Assembly: GCA_046313635.1 (NCBI GenBank) | Contig: JBKBYA010000004.1 | Span: 169,581 to 233,580 of the forward strand | Direction: 5' to 3' | DNA: 64,000 nt | From: Pyrinomonadaceae bacterium | GTDB lineage: Bacteria > Acidobacteriota > Blastocatellia > Pyrinomonadales > Pyrinomonadaceae | Shown here: positions 20,150 to 33,317 of the stretch, in pieces | Numbering within the stretch: position 1 is the stretch's first letter | Layout of the letters: every line of letters starts with the position of its first letter | Notes under the pieces: model-generated | Seen by the model: the letters and a program-made list of their open reading frames with translations, nothing else | Databases searched by the model: none | What the model was told of the DNA's origin: nothing | Made by a program: the position numbers and the translations under genes

Positions 20150-22491
20150 AAGCGGGCCGTGAGCGCCAGCTTGACGGCCGTCGGGGCACCGGGCGAAATG
20201 TTCGTATTGCTGTGCGCGTTGAGATAGTAACGCGTGTTAAAGACGTTCTCGATGTTTGCCTGCAGCTTCCAGTTTTCGCTGATGGTGTAAAAGACAGCCG
20301 CGTCGGCACGGACGTATCCGGGCAGCACGACCGTATTGTCGACGCCCGCGAACATCTCCGAACGCGCTACGATCCCGAAACCTGCAGCCAGCTTTGGAAT
20401 GATGTGGTACTTGTTCCACATTGAAAAGCTGTGGTGCGGCACCTGTGCGGCTTTCTTGCCGGCGGCTGCCGCGGTCGTCGCCCGCAGGATAAAGGCGTCC
20501 TGATACGAGTAGCCGCCGGTGAACGACCAGTCGCGGGTCAACTGCCCGCCGAGGCCGAATTCAAATCCGTTCGTCCGCTGAGCTCCGGTCTGGATGATCC
20601 GGGTAGGGTCGTTCGGGTCGGTCGAGCGCGTATTCGTGCGGTCGAGTCGGTAGATCGCCGAGGTGAGCGCGAGGTTGCGGCGGATGTCCCACTTGACGCC
20701 GGCCTCAAGATTTTCGAACTTCTCAGGCTTGACCTGCTGAGTGATGGTCGTGAGCGACGAGAACTGATCGCCCGAGCTCGGAAGGTACGAGACGCTGTAG
20801 CTTCCGTAGAGCGAGACTTCCTGTACCGGCTTGACCACTGCACCGAACCGCGGAGAGACAAGCCGGTCGATCCGCCTGAGGTCCTCGCCGCTGCGGTTGT
20901 TGTGAAACTTCAGATCGAAGTAGTCAAGACGCACACCGCCAACGAGGTGCAGGTATCTGTTGATCTCGACCTGGTCCTGAATGTATGCGGCGCCGAGGCC
21001 GACAAGAACCCGGTTGTCGGCGTCCGTCGCGCTCTGACGGTAAGTGACGGGCACGCGCGTTACGGGATGGTCAAAAGCGACTTGCAGCGATGTCGCGGTG
21101 TTGTTGAAGTAGCCGGTATGGCGCACATTGTTTGTCCGCTGCCGTCCGAGTTCGACGCCGCCGAGCAGCGTATGGCGGATCCGGCCGGTGTTGACGATGT
21201 ACGTCAGGTCGGTCTGGTTAAAGAGGTTTCGCCGCTTTGTGTGGTTATTGTACGCGGTGAGAGCGACCAGCGTGCGGGCGGCGTTGGCGGCGCCGGGAAC
21301 ATAATTCTGATAAAAGCTGTCGTAGTCGCCGAACATCGTTCGATTGCGGAGGTTCAGCTTGCCGAATTGACGCTCGAATGAACCGTGCAGCAAATCGACG
21401 TTGGAGCGGACGCGGCTGTCGTCGGGATTGCCGTAATACGTCGAGCGATCGACATCGGCGGGCCTGCCGGCAAAAGACGTGATGCCGCGATCGGCGACGC
21501 GGCGGTCGCGGAGATATTCGTACGTCAGCGTAAATCGGGTGTTGAAGTCCGGACTAAAGGTCAGGGTCGGCGTAAATCCGAAACGGTCGCGCTTCACAAA
21601 ATCCCGAAAGCTGCCTGCCCGCTCGGCCAGACCGTTGAACCGTACCGCGAGCTTGCGTGTCAGGTCCTTGTTGAGATCGAATGTTCCGCGAACATGGCCG
21701 AACGAGCCGCCCTGAATGTTGAATGCGTAGAAAGGGGCCAGCACGGCCTCTTTGCTGACGCGATTGATGATGCCGCCGCCGCCGCCGCGGCCGAAGATCA
21801 GAGCATTCGGCCCGCGTACGATCTCCATGCTCTCGAGGTTGTATAGGTCGCGATAATACTGGACATCGTCGCGAACGCCGTTTAGAAAGAAGTCGGCGCT
21901 CGAATTCTGTCCTCGGATGTTAACCTGGTCGCGATTGTTTTCGCCCTGGAGCGCCGTGATGCCCGCGACGTAACGCACCGTGTCGCCGACATTCGTCAGG
22001 AGCTGGTCGGCGATCTGTCGCTCGGTCACGACCGAGACCGACTGCGGCACGTCGCGAAGAGGGGTCAGGGTCTTGGTCGCGGTCGTCGTCGAGTCGGCTT
22101 GATACTCGCCCGACGAGACGACGTCGACAGTGACGGTGCTCGGCAGGATCTGCAGGGCGACGTTGACCGATGCGGACTCGAACGGCTTTAGCAGCACTCG
22201 CTTGGTAAATTCTGAAAAGCCTTCGGCGCGGACCGTGACATCGTACTCGCCTGCCTCGAGCGAAACCACGAATGTGCCGTTTGCATCGGTCGTAACGGTC
22301 TGCTCGGCCGACGGGCCAACGCCCGCAAAGCGGATCACCGCTCCCGGAATGCCGGCGTCGTTCTGATCGGCGACGCGACCAGCGACAACAACCTTTGTTT
22401 CATTACGCGTGTCCCTGTGGCTGGCCGACAACGTCGCCGCGGAGGTGGAAAAAAGAATTGCCAGTAAAGAGAATTTTAAGAACTGTTTCAT
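20146..22491 (-). CDS. TonB-dependent siderophore-type receptor
   Basis: TATKTLTPLRDVPQSVSVV plug, NIRG, EIVRGP, C-terminal ARF. Confidence 0.93.
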   Translation of the reverse strand: MKQFLKFSLLAILFSTSAATLSASHRDTRNETKVVVAGRVADQNDAGIPGAVIRFAGVGPSAEQTVTTDANGTFVVSLEAGEYDVTVRAEGFSEFTKRVLLKPFESASVNVALQILPSTVTVDVVSSGEYQADSTTTATKTLTPLRDVPQSVSVVTERQIADQLLTNVGDTVRYVAGITALQGENNRDQVNIRGQNSSADFFLNGVRDDVQYYRDLYNLESMEIVRGPNALIFGRGGGGGIINRVSKEAVLAPFYAFNIQGGSFGHVRGTFDLNKDLTRKLAVRFNGLAERAGSFRDFVKRDRFGFTPTLTFSPDFNTRFTLTYEYLRDRRVADRGITSFAGRPADVDRSTYYGNPDDSRVRSNVDLLHGSFERQFGKLNLRNRTMFGDYDSFYQNYVPGAANAARTLVALTAYNNHTKRRNLFNQTDLTYIVNTGRIRHTLLGGVELGRQRTNNVRHTGYFNNTATSLQVAFDHPVTRVPVTYRQSATDADNRVLVGLGAAYIQDQVEINRYLHLVGGVRLDYFDLKFHNNRSGEDLRRIDRLVSPRFGAVVKPVQEVSLYGSYSVSYLPSSGDQFSSLTTITQQVKPEKFENLEAGVKWDIRRNLALTSAIYRLDRTNTRSTDPNDPTRIIQTGAQRTNGFEFGLGGQLTRDWSFTGGYSYQDAFILRATTAAAAGKKAAQVPHHSFSMWNKYHIIPKLAAGFGIVARSEMFAGVDNTVVLPGYVRADAAVFYTISENWKLQANIENVFNTRYYLNAHSNTNISPGAPTAVKLALTARF

Positions 22492-22531
22492 ATCAATTTA
22501 ATGCCCCGAGGGTGACCGGATCAGGAAGTGA

Positions 22532-22552
22532 AAGTGAAATCCGTTTTCAATA
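22532..22552. promoter_or_regulatory. Putative Fur box
   Basis: TGAAATC-C-GTTTTCA 7-1-7 palindrome about 45 bp upstream of the receptor start. Confidence 0.5.
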
Positions 22553-22643
22553 AGCGGATGATAAACCCTGGCCCGGAACGTTGTCAAATCTCTCAAAAGG
22601 AGCGGTGGCGATCCGACTTTTCGGCGGTTGATCTACAAAATTC

Positions 22644-23957
22644 ATGGCGTCGCTCACATACAAACAGCTGCTGCTGCAGAATCGCGATTTCAGGAACCTA
22701 TTCGCGGGTCAGGTGATCTCGGAGCTGGGAAACTGGTTCAATTTTATTGCCAGTCTCGGCCTTGTTCGGCTCGTCAGCGAGGCGTCGCCGACGGCTGCGG
22801 GCATCTTGTTTGCGGCTCGTTTGCTGCCCTTCGCCATCGCGTCGCCGATCGCCGGCACCTTCGTAGATCGATTCTCGCGGCGTCAGGTGATGATCGTGAC
22901 AGACCTGTGCCGGGTAGGCGTCGCCCTTGCGTTCTTGTTCGTATCAGGTAAGGACGACGTGTGGTTGGCATACGTCGCGACGGCACTGCTGTCGGTCTTT
23001 GGCGCGTTCTTTGACGGTGCCAAGAATGCGGCGACGCCGAATCTCACGGGAGGCGACGGTCTGCTCGCGGGCACGGCGCTGATGTTCTCGAGCCGGTTCC
23101 TGCTGATGGCGATCGGCTCGGCTCTGGGCGGATGGGCGTCGGCCGCGTTCGGCTACCAGACGGCGTTCGTCATCAACGCGGTCTCTTTCGCCGTGTCGGC
23201 GTACACGGTCTGGCTTATTCCAGAAGAGGCGACGCGCGACGAACGGACGGGCGAGAGGATGTCGGGCGGGGCGGGAGCGCGTGCGTCGTTCGTGACGGAG
23301 CTTCGCGAGGGCTTTCGGTACACGGTGACGAATCATTTCGCGCTCACGATCCTGATAATGAACGTCATTTGGGCGACGGGCGGCGGGGCGATCAACGTTA
23401 TCTTCGAGCGTTTGGGCGGCGTGCATTTCGCGGCGGCCGAGGGCTGGTTTCCAGACGTTGCGACGGCGATGCTGTGGACGGCGGCGGGTCTCGGGCTCGG
23501 GCTCGGGATGCTGGTCGCGCATCGCACGGCCGCGTGGCTCGAGCGCCGCGCGGCACACGTCGCCTTCATCGGCTGGACGCTGATCGTCCACGGCATCATG
23601 TTCTCGGTCGGAGGCCTGATGCCGAGTCTGATGCTTTTTGCCGTTTTTGTTTTTGTTTCGAGGGCGATCGTCGGTGTGGAGTACGCGGTGCAGGAGACGC
23701 TCTTTCAGCGGAGTCTGCCGGACTATATCCGGGGGAGGATCTCGACGCTTGACCGCGGGGCCGAGCTGACCGTGTTCGGATTGTCGAGCTACTTCTCCGC
23801 CGATCTGATGTACTACATGACGCCGCAGGTGCTGACGATCGTTTCGGGGGTGTTGTCGGCCGCGTCGGGCGTGATCTGGTTCGTGCGGCAGGGCACGACC
23901 AACGCGAGCCTTACGATGATCGACGCCGCCGCCCGAGGCGAAATGGTCAAGCGGTGA
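22644..23957 (+). CDS. MFS transporter
   Basis: About 12 hydrophobic segments, motif A GTFVDRFSRR. Confidence 0.92.
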   Translation: MASLTYKQLLLQNRDFRNLFAGQVISELGNWFNFIASLGLVRLVSEASPTAAGILFAARLLPFAIASPIAGTFVDRFSRRQVMIVTDLCRVGVALAFLFVSGKDDVWLAYVATALLSVFGAFFDGAKNAATPNLTGGDGLLAGTALMFSSRFLLMAIGSALGGWASAAFGYQTAFVINAVSFAVSAYTVWLIPEEATRDERTGERMSGGAGARASFVTELREGFRYTVTNHFALTILIMNVIWATGGGAINVIFERLGGVHFAAAEGWFPDVATAMLWTAAGLGLGLGMLVAHRTAAWLERRAAHVAFIGWTLIVHGIMFSVGGLMPSLMLFAVFVFVSRAIVGVEYAVQETLFQRSLPDYIRGRISTLDRGAELTVFGLSSYFSADLMYYMTPQVLTIVSGVLSAASGVIWFVRQGTTNASLTMIDAAARGEMVKR

Positions 23958-24879
23958 TAATGACGGCCCGTGTGCCCGTCAGCTCCGAGAAATCCTTAGT
24001 GTAGATCGTGTCGACCGAGCGCACGCGGCTGATCGTATCGATAATGTCCTGTGTCGAGATCGAGCCGTCCTCGACGTGAGCGACCGCCCATGACCGAATG
24101 TGCTTTGCGATGTTGAGGGTGTGCTCGAGCATCTGCAGGTATTGCGATTTTGATTCGGTCGGCATACCGAGCCGGCCGGCCTGAGAGGCCGCAAAGGCGG
24201 GCCAAAAGTCGTTTCCGCCGCGAAGCCACTCTTCCTGCCACGCCGCTCCCGCCCGCGCGGCCCCGAGCGGGTGCGAGTGCAGCGGCGGCAGTCTGAGAAA
24301 CATCATCTCGGCGCGCGTCTCGGCTATGAAGTCGTCCGCACCGCGATTTTGGCAGCTGTTGTTCTGACCGTTGTTGAACGATTCCGGAAAGACGGTCCAC
24401 AGCCGCCTGAAGACATTCGACAGCGGCTGCCGGAGCTCCATCGTCTCCTCGGTAAAACTGCGGGCGTGATCGCCGGTCGCCATGGCAAGCGTCGCGGCAA
24501 TGGCACGCGCGACGGGCGTCTGCAGCAGGTCGATATTTTGCCTGACGTTGTCAAACCACCACGCGTCCGTCTCATTGAACCAATTTCTCAGCGCAGGATC
24601 GTTCAGCCGGTAGCGCGGCACGTATGCGTCGTTGAGGACGATATTGACGTCGTCGGCCGAGAGCTTTTCGCCGTTGCTGACGATCGACGCCACGCAGCGC
24701 GTCCAAGCCGACTGAAGCGGATCGTTGGCCAGCACGCGCACGCCCCAGCGCTTGAGGTACGCGCCGAGCGCCGGCGTGTGCGAGAAGGGGATGGCGATGG
24801 ATTGGAATCTCCGGCGCCGCAGCACATTAAGTTCAAAGGCGAGCCAGGCGCGCGGCGGGGTTTTGGTCAGCTCAAGCAT
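23947..24879 (-). CDS. DNA adenine methyltransferase (D12/Dam-like) homolog with degenerate catalytic motifs
   Basis: YLKRWGVRVLANDP resembles the D12 MTase N-terminus; FxGxG position reads FSHTP and DPPY position reads RLPPL. Confidence 0.55.
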   Translation of the reverse strand: MLELTKTPPRAWLAFELNVLRRRRFQSIAIPFSHTPALGAYLKRWGVRVLANDPLQSAWTRCVASIVSNGEKLSADDVNIVLNDAYVPRYRLNDPALRNWFNETDAWWFDNVRQNIDLLQTPVARAIAATLAMATGDHARSFTEETMELRQPLSNVFRRLWTVFPESFNNGQNNSCQNRGADDFIAETRAEMMFLRLPPLHSHPLGAARAGAAWQEEWLRGGNDFWPAFAASQAGRLGMPTESKSQYLQMLEHTLNIAKHIRSWAVAHVEDGSISTQDIIDTISRVRSVDTIYTKDFSELTGTRAVIITA

Positions 24880-25492
24880 TTTCGACGCCGCCTCCTGCGG
24901 TGCTGCCCGCGTCGCGTTCCGACTCGAGCTCGATGAATGCCTTTACCACTTTTGGATCAAATTCGATGCCTGCCCATTCGATCAGGTATTTGCGGGCGTC
25001 GGCAGCGGGCATCGCCGCCCGAAAGGGCCTGGTCGCCGTGAGCGACGCAAAGGTGTCGGCCACACGCAGGATCCGCGCCGTCAGCGGGATCTCGCCCGCG
25101 ACGAGACCGTCGGGATAGCCGAGCCCGTTCCACCATTCGTGGTGCCAGCGGATCAAAAGCTGCGTCCCGCGGGCGAGTCCCATCCGCGCGGCCTCTTGCT
25201 CGCCGATGACGGGATGGCGCTGCAGGTCGAGCCGCTCCTCCGCGCTGAGGACCTGGCTCGACGCGATATATTCGCGCTTCATCGCGACCTCGCCGACATC
25301 GTGAAGATACGCGGCGTGCACCAGCGTCGAACGGTCGTGTCGGGCGAGATTGAATCGCAGTGCGAGAGCGTCGGCGATCCTTGCGACCACGGCCCCGTGC
25401 GGGCCCGCGTAGCCCTCGAAATTGTCCATTTCGGCGGACCTGTTAAGGATCGCATCGCTGATCTCGATGTCGGTTGCGGCTGACGAAAGCAT
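24872..25492 (-). CDS. Stand-alone HD-GYP domain protein
   Basis: LHDVG, HPVIG, HHEWWNGLGYPDGL, ARILRVAD, RPFR. Confidence 0.9.
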   Translation of the reverse strand: MLSSAATDIEISDAILNRSAEMDNFEGYAGPHGAVVARIADALALRFNLARHDRSTLVHAAYLHDVGEVAMKREYIASSQVLSAEERLDLQRHPVIGEQEAARMGLARGTQLLIRWHHEWWNGLGYPDGLVAGEIPLTARILRVADTFASLTATRPFRAAMPAADARKYLIEWAGIEFDPKVVKAFIELESERDAGSTAGGGVENA

Positions 25493-25526
25493 AGGCGCGA
25501 GTGCGGATAGACAAGTGTCAGTGTAG

Positions 25527-27077
25527 CTAGTTGCGTTGCAGGCTGTCGAGCAGTGCCCGGGCCTCGCGATTCTGCGGGTCGCGTGCGAGGAGACGGTTGA
25601 GCTCGCCCTCGGCTCGCTTGAGGAGCTTGACCTTGACAAAAAACTCCGCGAGCATCAGCCGGATCGCCGGATTGTCAGGGTCGAGCCGCGCGGCCGCCTG
25701 CAGCTCGTGCTCGGCCTTGTGCCTTTGCGACTCGTCGTACGAGAGCGCCTTGCCGTAAAAGGCCCTGTAGCGCGCGTTGCGCGGCGCGTAATATGCCGCC
25801 CGGGCCAGAAACGGAAGCGCACTCTCAAAGTCACCGCGAAGCTGCAGCGCAAATCCGCGTTCAAAGTCCTCGGAGGCCCGTGCCTCCTCGGCCGGGCGAG
25901 CCGCGTCATCGCGTGCGCCGGCCGAACGCAGCAGATCCTTATCCTTTTCCTGCTGAGCGAGCCGTTTGTCGTACGCGGCCCTGGCCTGCTCGTCGCGGAG
26001 CGTCTCGTAGGCCTGGGCGATCTCGGTAAAGGCGTTCTCGACCCGCCGGCGCAGTTCGGGCTCGACGCGATGAAAACGGTCAGGGTGAAATTGCTTTGCC
26101 AATGCGAAGTAAGCCGAGCGGATCTCGGTCGTCCTGGCCGACCGCTTGACGCCGAGCACGTCGTAGAGCGACTCGGCCGCCTCGGCGCGCGAGAGGTACT
26201 CGTCGAGTGTGATCGCGGCGGCGGGCTCCGGTGCGGCGGCTTCGGTGACGGGAGACTCGACGTCCGGCTCGGGCGGTCTTGCGGCCGGCTTTGGCCGCGC
26301 CGGGCCCTTGACCTTTGCGAGACCGGCCGAGCGGATCGCGGCGATCTTGATATCAGTGAAAGCGGCGGGCCAACCGCAGCGCCGTACAAAGCCGCCGAGC
26401 CAGAGCGCGTACAAGGCCTGCAGTACGCCGATCCGGGGAATGTCGCAGTGCCGGATGATGTCGTCGAGTCTGACGACGCCGGCCGCGATCCTGGTCATCA
26501 CCGCCGCCTCGTGCGGCTGCAGCTCGCCGAAATATGCCGGCCTCTCGCGTGCCGTGAGCCGCTCGTCGGGGTCTCTGAAGCGGCCGTTGATGACGTCGAC
26601 ATTCATTCTGCGGGCAAAGGCGACGAGCAGCCCGGCCGCGTCGAGGTCGAGATCGATGTCCGACCGAAGGCGCGCCAGCGGGCTGAACGACCATTCGCCG
26701 TCGGGCCACGCGAGTGCCGACTCGATGATGCGTGCGCACTGCGAACGCAGGGCCTCGTCGCCCTGCTCGCGGCTGAGATGGCCGGCCTCGACGAGGCGGT
26801 CAACGAGCTCGACATCGCTTGCCGCACGGCGCTGGGTCGCGACCGAGGCACGGCCGCTGGCCGTAAGGTTTACGAGTGCGTCCGCGAGACGAAACCGGCG
26901 CTCATTCGACACGGCGAGGGCGACAGCGCCCTCCGTAAAATAGACGATGGCCTTGCGGTCGCCGCTCGACAGCCGGAGTGATCCGCTCAGGGCTGCATCG
27001 GCGATCTCGACGATCAGCTCGGCAATCGGGTGAGATACCAGGTCGCCGTTAACTTCAAGGGCGCTTGTTTGAGACAT
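25527..27077 (-). CDS. DUF4388 - DnaJ(J) domain - TPR protein
   Basis: N-terminal GDL...SGSLRL...VYFxEG; LYDVLGV...FHPDRF J-domain; C-terminal TPRs. Confidence 0.88.
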   Translation of the reverse strand: MSQTSALEVNGDLVSHPIAELIVEIADAALSGSLRLSSGDRKAIVYFTEGAVALAVSNERRFRLADALVNLTASGRASVATQRRAASDVELVDRLVEAGHLSREQGDEALRSQCARIIESALAWPDGEWSFSPLARLRSDIDLDLDAAGLLVAFARRMNVDVINGRFRDPDERLTARERPAYFGELQPHEAAVMTRIAAGVVRLDDIIRHCDIPRIGVLQALYALWLGGFVRRCGWPAAFTDIKIAAIRSAGLAKVKGPARPKPAARPPEPDVESPVTEAAAPEPAAAITLDEYLSRAEAAESLYDVLGVKRSARTTEIRSAYFALAKQFHPDRFHRVEPELRRRVENAFTEIAQAYETLRDEQARAAYDKRLAQQEKDKDLLRSAGARDDAARPAEEARASEDFERGFALQLRGDFESALPFLARAAYYAPRNARYRAFYGKALSYDESQRHKAEHELQAAARLDPDNPAIRLMLAEFFVKVKLLKRAEGELNRLLARDPQNREARALLDSLQRN

Positions 27078-27374
27078 TCACAAGAGACGGGTCGGGAGAT
27101 CAAAGGACATGCGGCCAACGCGGCCGTGCACCTTATGATAGCAAAACAGCGACGGGCAAAGTAAGACCGTTTTACCGTCTCGGGCCATCGGCAAAGATCG
27201 TTCGGGGCCCGGGAAAAATGCGGCCGTTCTGTCGCGCGCGTCTCGCTGAAATATCGATCGAATGTCGGCCCCGCGAGCGTCGATCTCACAGCGGAGATCG
27301 CTCGTTTGACAGCGAAACTGCAAATTGAGAAGGTTGCAAATGACTGGTCGACAAAGACCGCTGACCTACTGCCG

Positions 27375-28118
27375 ATGAATCAAAACATCGATATTCGCGA
27401 ATGCACGACGCACGACGAACTGGCCGCTTGCGTCGAGCTTCAGCGTGAGGTTTTTGCATTGCCCGAGATCGAGATCTCGCCGGTCCGGCATCTGATCGTG
27501 ACAAAGAATGCGGGCGGCTTCATTCTCGGCGCATTTGACGGCGAGGCGCTCGTCGGCTTTGTCCTCAGCGTGCCCGCTTTTTTGCGAGGGCAGAGGGCCT
27601 TTTATTCGCATATGACGGCGGTCAAGGCGACGCATCAGGGCTCGGGCGTCGGCGCCGCTCTCAAATGGGCGCAGCGAGAGCGTTCGCTCGCCGAGGGCGT
27701 GAAGTACGTCAAGTGGACGTTTGAGCCGTGGAAGGCGCGCAACGCCTTTTTCAACCTCGAAAAGCTCGGGGCCGTCGTCCGCGAGATCCACGAAAATTTT
27801 TACGGCGTCGATTATGCGACGGCAGCCGACAAAAAGATCGGTCTCGCGAGCGACAGGCTCTTTGCCGAGTGGGAGCTCGAGAGCGAAAAGGTCGCCGCGC
27901 TCGCGGCCGGCCGGCCGGCCGGCGAGCAGCGCGAACCCGCGCGCCGGATCGCCGTCCCGAGCGACTGGAGTTCGCTCGTCACCCAAGACGCCGGGGCTGC
28001 AAAGCGAGAGCAGCTCCGCATACGTTCAGAGTTTGCCGACGCCTTTGCCGGCGGCCTCGTCGCGAGAGGCTTCGTTCGTGCGGGCTCAGAACCGCATTAC
28101 CTTCTGTTCACTGACTAG
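27375..28118 (+). CDS. GNAT family N-acyltransferase
   Basis: YSHMTAV, QGSGVG, WTFEP, NAFFNLEKLG. Confidence 0.87.
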   Translation: MNQNIDIRECTTHDELAACVELQREVFALPEIEISPVRHLIVTKNAGGFILGAFDGEALVGFVLSVPAFLRGQRAFYSHMTAVKATHQGSGVGAALKWAQRERSLAEGVKYVKWTFEPWKARNAFFNLEKLGAVVREIHENFYGVDYATAADKKIGLASDRLFAEWELESEKVAALAAGRPAGEQREPARRIAVPSDWSSLVTQDAGAAKREQLRIRSEFADAFAGGLVARGFVRAGSEPHYLLFTD

Positions 28119-28120
28119 CG

Positions 28121-31178
<3,058 letters not shown>

Positions 31179-31190
31179 AACTAGCCGCTC

Positions 31191-31757
31191 ATGGAAATTA
31201 ATGAAATATTCGACACGCTGCAGGACGTCGCCGTTCGACTAAACGATCTCGGTGTCGAATACATGGTCACGGGTTCGGTGGCAATGAGTTCGTATGTGCC
31301 GGCACGCGCGACGATGGATATCGACGTAATAATCGAGATCGACACCGCAGACATAAAGAGATTTGAAGAGCGTTTCGCGGGGGATTATTACGTCGACCTC
31401 AAGTCGATTGAACGGGCCCGCTATCGTTGCTCGATGTTCAATGTCATAAACTGGACGACGGGGATCAAGGTGGATTTCATACCAAGGAAGCGGACCAGAT
31501 TTGAAGCTGCGAAATTCGAGAGGCGGAGAAGAACAAGTGTCGGTTCGATCGAGTTCTGGGTAATCTCAAAGGAAGACCTTATACTGTCTAAGCTGTCATG
31601 GGCCAAGGACTCACATTCGGAGCGTCAATTCGAGGACGTTTCTCGCTTGATCGAGTCCGGGGCCGATGAAAGAATGATCGAAAGGGAAATTGCTGCCGAA
31701 GATCTGATCGAAGTTTGGACGGTTTACCAGGAATGGAAGACACGGAGCGGGAAGTGA
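31191..31757 (+). CDS. Nucleotidyltransferase-family protein (putative TA component)
   Basis: MVTGSVA, RATMDID, EDLILSKL; codon usage looks less GC-rich than flanks. Confidence 0.75.
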   Translation: MEINEIFDTLQDVAVRLNDLGVEYMVTGSVAMSSYVPARATMDIDVIIEIDTADIKRFEERFAGDYYVDLKSIERARYRCSMFNVINWTTGIKVDFIPRKRTRFEAAKFERRRRTSVGSIEFWVISKEDLILSKLSWAKDSHSERQFEDVSRLIESGADERMIEREIAAEDLIEVWTVYQEWKTRSGK

Positions 31758-31942
31758 GGGCTCATCAGCAGGCTTATTGGCTGACGCTTTCTGACGAAGA
31801 GCGGTTCCGCCGGTGTGGGCGAATGTTTCAAATGGTGAAGCGGTTTGCCGAGGCCCGTGCTCCCAACGGACTAACTAAAGAGGAACTGAAACGATTCGTC
31901 TTCAGAGAACTCCATGGGTTTGAAATGCCGGAACGGCATTGA
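31733..31942 (+). CDS. Small hypothetical protein, putative partner of the NTase
   Basis: 69-aa ORF overlapping the NTase 3' end; LSDEERF motif. Confidence 0.6.
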   Translation: MEDTEREVRAHQQAYWLTLSDEERFRRCGRMFQMVKRFAEARAPNGLTKEELKRFVFRELHGFEMPERH

Positions 31943-31954
31943 GTCACTATTTAG

Positions 31955-33247
31955 ATGAATAATTTATTCACAGCGAACCTTCAGGAGGCTGATCCGATCA
32001 TCAGCAGTGCAATTGATGACGAGGTCCGGCGGCAGACAAACGGGCTTGAGCTGATCGCGTCGGAGAATTTTGTTTCCGAAGCGGTGCTGCAGGCGATGGG
32101 CAGCGTGTTTACGAATAAATACGCCGAGGGTTACCCGGGCAAGCGTTACTACGGCGGGTGCGAATTCGCGGATGTCGTCGAGCAGGCGGCGATCGACCGG
32201 GCGATGGAGATCTTCGGGGCCGAGCACGCCAACGTGCAGCCGCATTCGGGAGCGCAGGCTAACATGGCGGTGCTGTTGACCGCGCTCGAGCACGGCGATC
32301 AGATCCTCGGGATGAATCTCTCGCACGGCGGCCACCTGACGCACGGGCATCCTTTGAATTTTTCGGGGATCAATTACAAGGTCGCCGACTACGGCGTCGA
32401 TCGCGAGACCGAGCAGATCGATTACGACGAGCTGCAGCGAAAGGCCGAGGAATCGCGACCGAAGCTGCTGATCTGCGGGGCCTCGGCTTATCCGCGGACG
32501 ATCGATTTTGAGCGGATCGGCGAGATCGCCCGTTCTGTGGGCGCAAAGGTGATGGCCGACATCGCGCACATCGCCGGACTCGTCGCGGCGGGGCTGCATC
32601 CTTCGCCGGTGCCGCATTGCGAATTTGTCACGACGACGACGCACAAGACGCTTCGCGGACCGCGCGGCGGGCTGGTACTTTGCCGCGAGGAGTTTGCAAA
32701 AGACCTCGACCGCAGCGTCTTTCCGGGCGTGCAGGGCGGGCCGCTCGTTCACATCATCGCGGCAAAGGCCGTTTCGTTCGGCGAGGCGCTGAGAGAGGAT
32801 TTCAAGACCTACCAGCAGCAGATCGTCGCCAACGCGAAAGCCCTCGCCGAGACGCTTGCCGACGCGGGGCTGAGACTCGTCTCGGGCGGCACCGACAATC
32901 ACCTGATCCTGGTCGACGTCTTTATGGACGGCAAGGGCATCACTGGCAAAGAGGCAGAGAAGGCGCTCGACGAGGTGCACATCACGGTCAACAAGAATAC
33001 GATCCCGTTCGACACCAACAAGCCTTTTGTCGCCTCCGGCATTCGCATCGGCACGCCCGCGTTGACGACGCGCAGAATGAAGGAGGCCGAGATGCGAGAG
33101 ATCGGCAGAATGATCGCCGAGGTCATCCACGACCCGGCATCGGACGAGGTGAAGTCACGGGTGCGGCAGGAGGTTTCGGAACTGACGGCGCGTTTCCCGA
33201 TGTACCCGACACGCTTGAAAGAAAAGAGCAGCGAAGCGTCGCTGTAG
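31955..33247 (+). CDS. glyA: Serine hydroxymethyltransferase
   Basis: [35 protein letters not shown]. Confidence 0.98.
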   Translation: MNNLFTANLQEADPIISSAIDDEVRRQTNGLELIASENFVSEAVLQAMGSVFTNKYAEGYPGKRYYGGCEFADVVEQAAIDRAMEIFGAEHANVQPHSGAQANMAVLLTALEHGDQILGMNLSHGGHLTHGHPLNFSGINYKVADYGVDRETEQIDYDELQRKAEESRPKLLICGASAYPRTIDFERIGEIARSVGAKVMADIAHIAGLVAAGLHPSPVPHCEFVTTTTHKTLRGPRGGLVLCREEFAKDLDRSVFPGVQGGPLVHIIAAKAVSFGEALREDFKTYQQQIVANAKALAETLADAGLRLVSGGTDNHLILVDVFMDGKGITGKEAEKALDEVHITVNKNTIPFDTNKPFVASGIRIGTPALTTRRMKEAEMREIGRMIAEVIHDPASDEVKSRVRQEVSELTARFPMYPTRLKEKSSEASL

Positions 33248-33266
33248 CGAGATAAACGGTCACACG

Positions 33267-33297
33267 AAAGAGGCTGCCTTTCCGGCAGCCTCTTTTT
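33267..33297. terminator. Intrinsic terminator
   Basis: aaagaggctgcc-tttcc-ggcagcctcttttt between convergent genes. Confidence 0.8.
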
Positions 33298-33317
33298 GCT
33301 GTTGATCTGTTCGGTGT

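Noticed and set aside
23947..24879. Active restriction-modification system
   Set aside because: No DPPY or FxGxG motif and no adjacent nuclease; kept only as a degenerate homolog.
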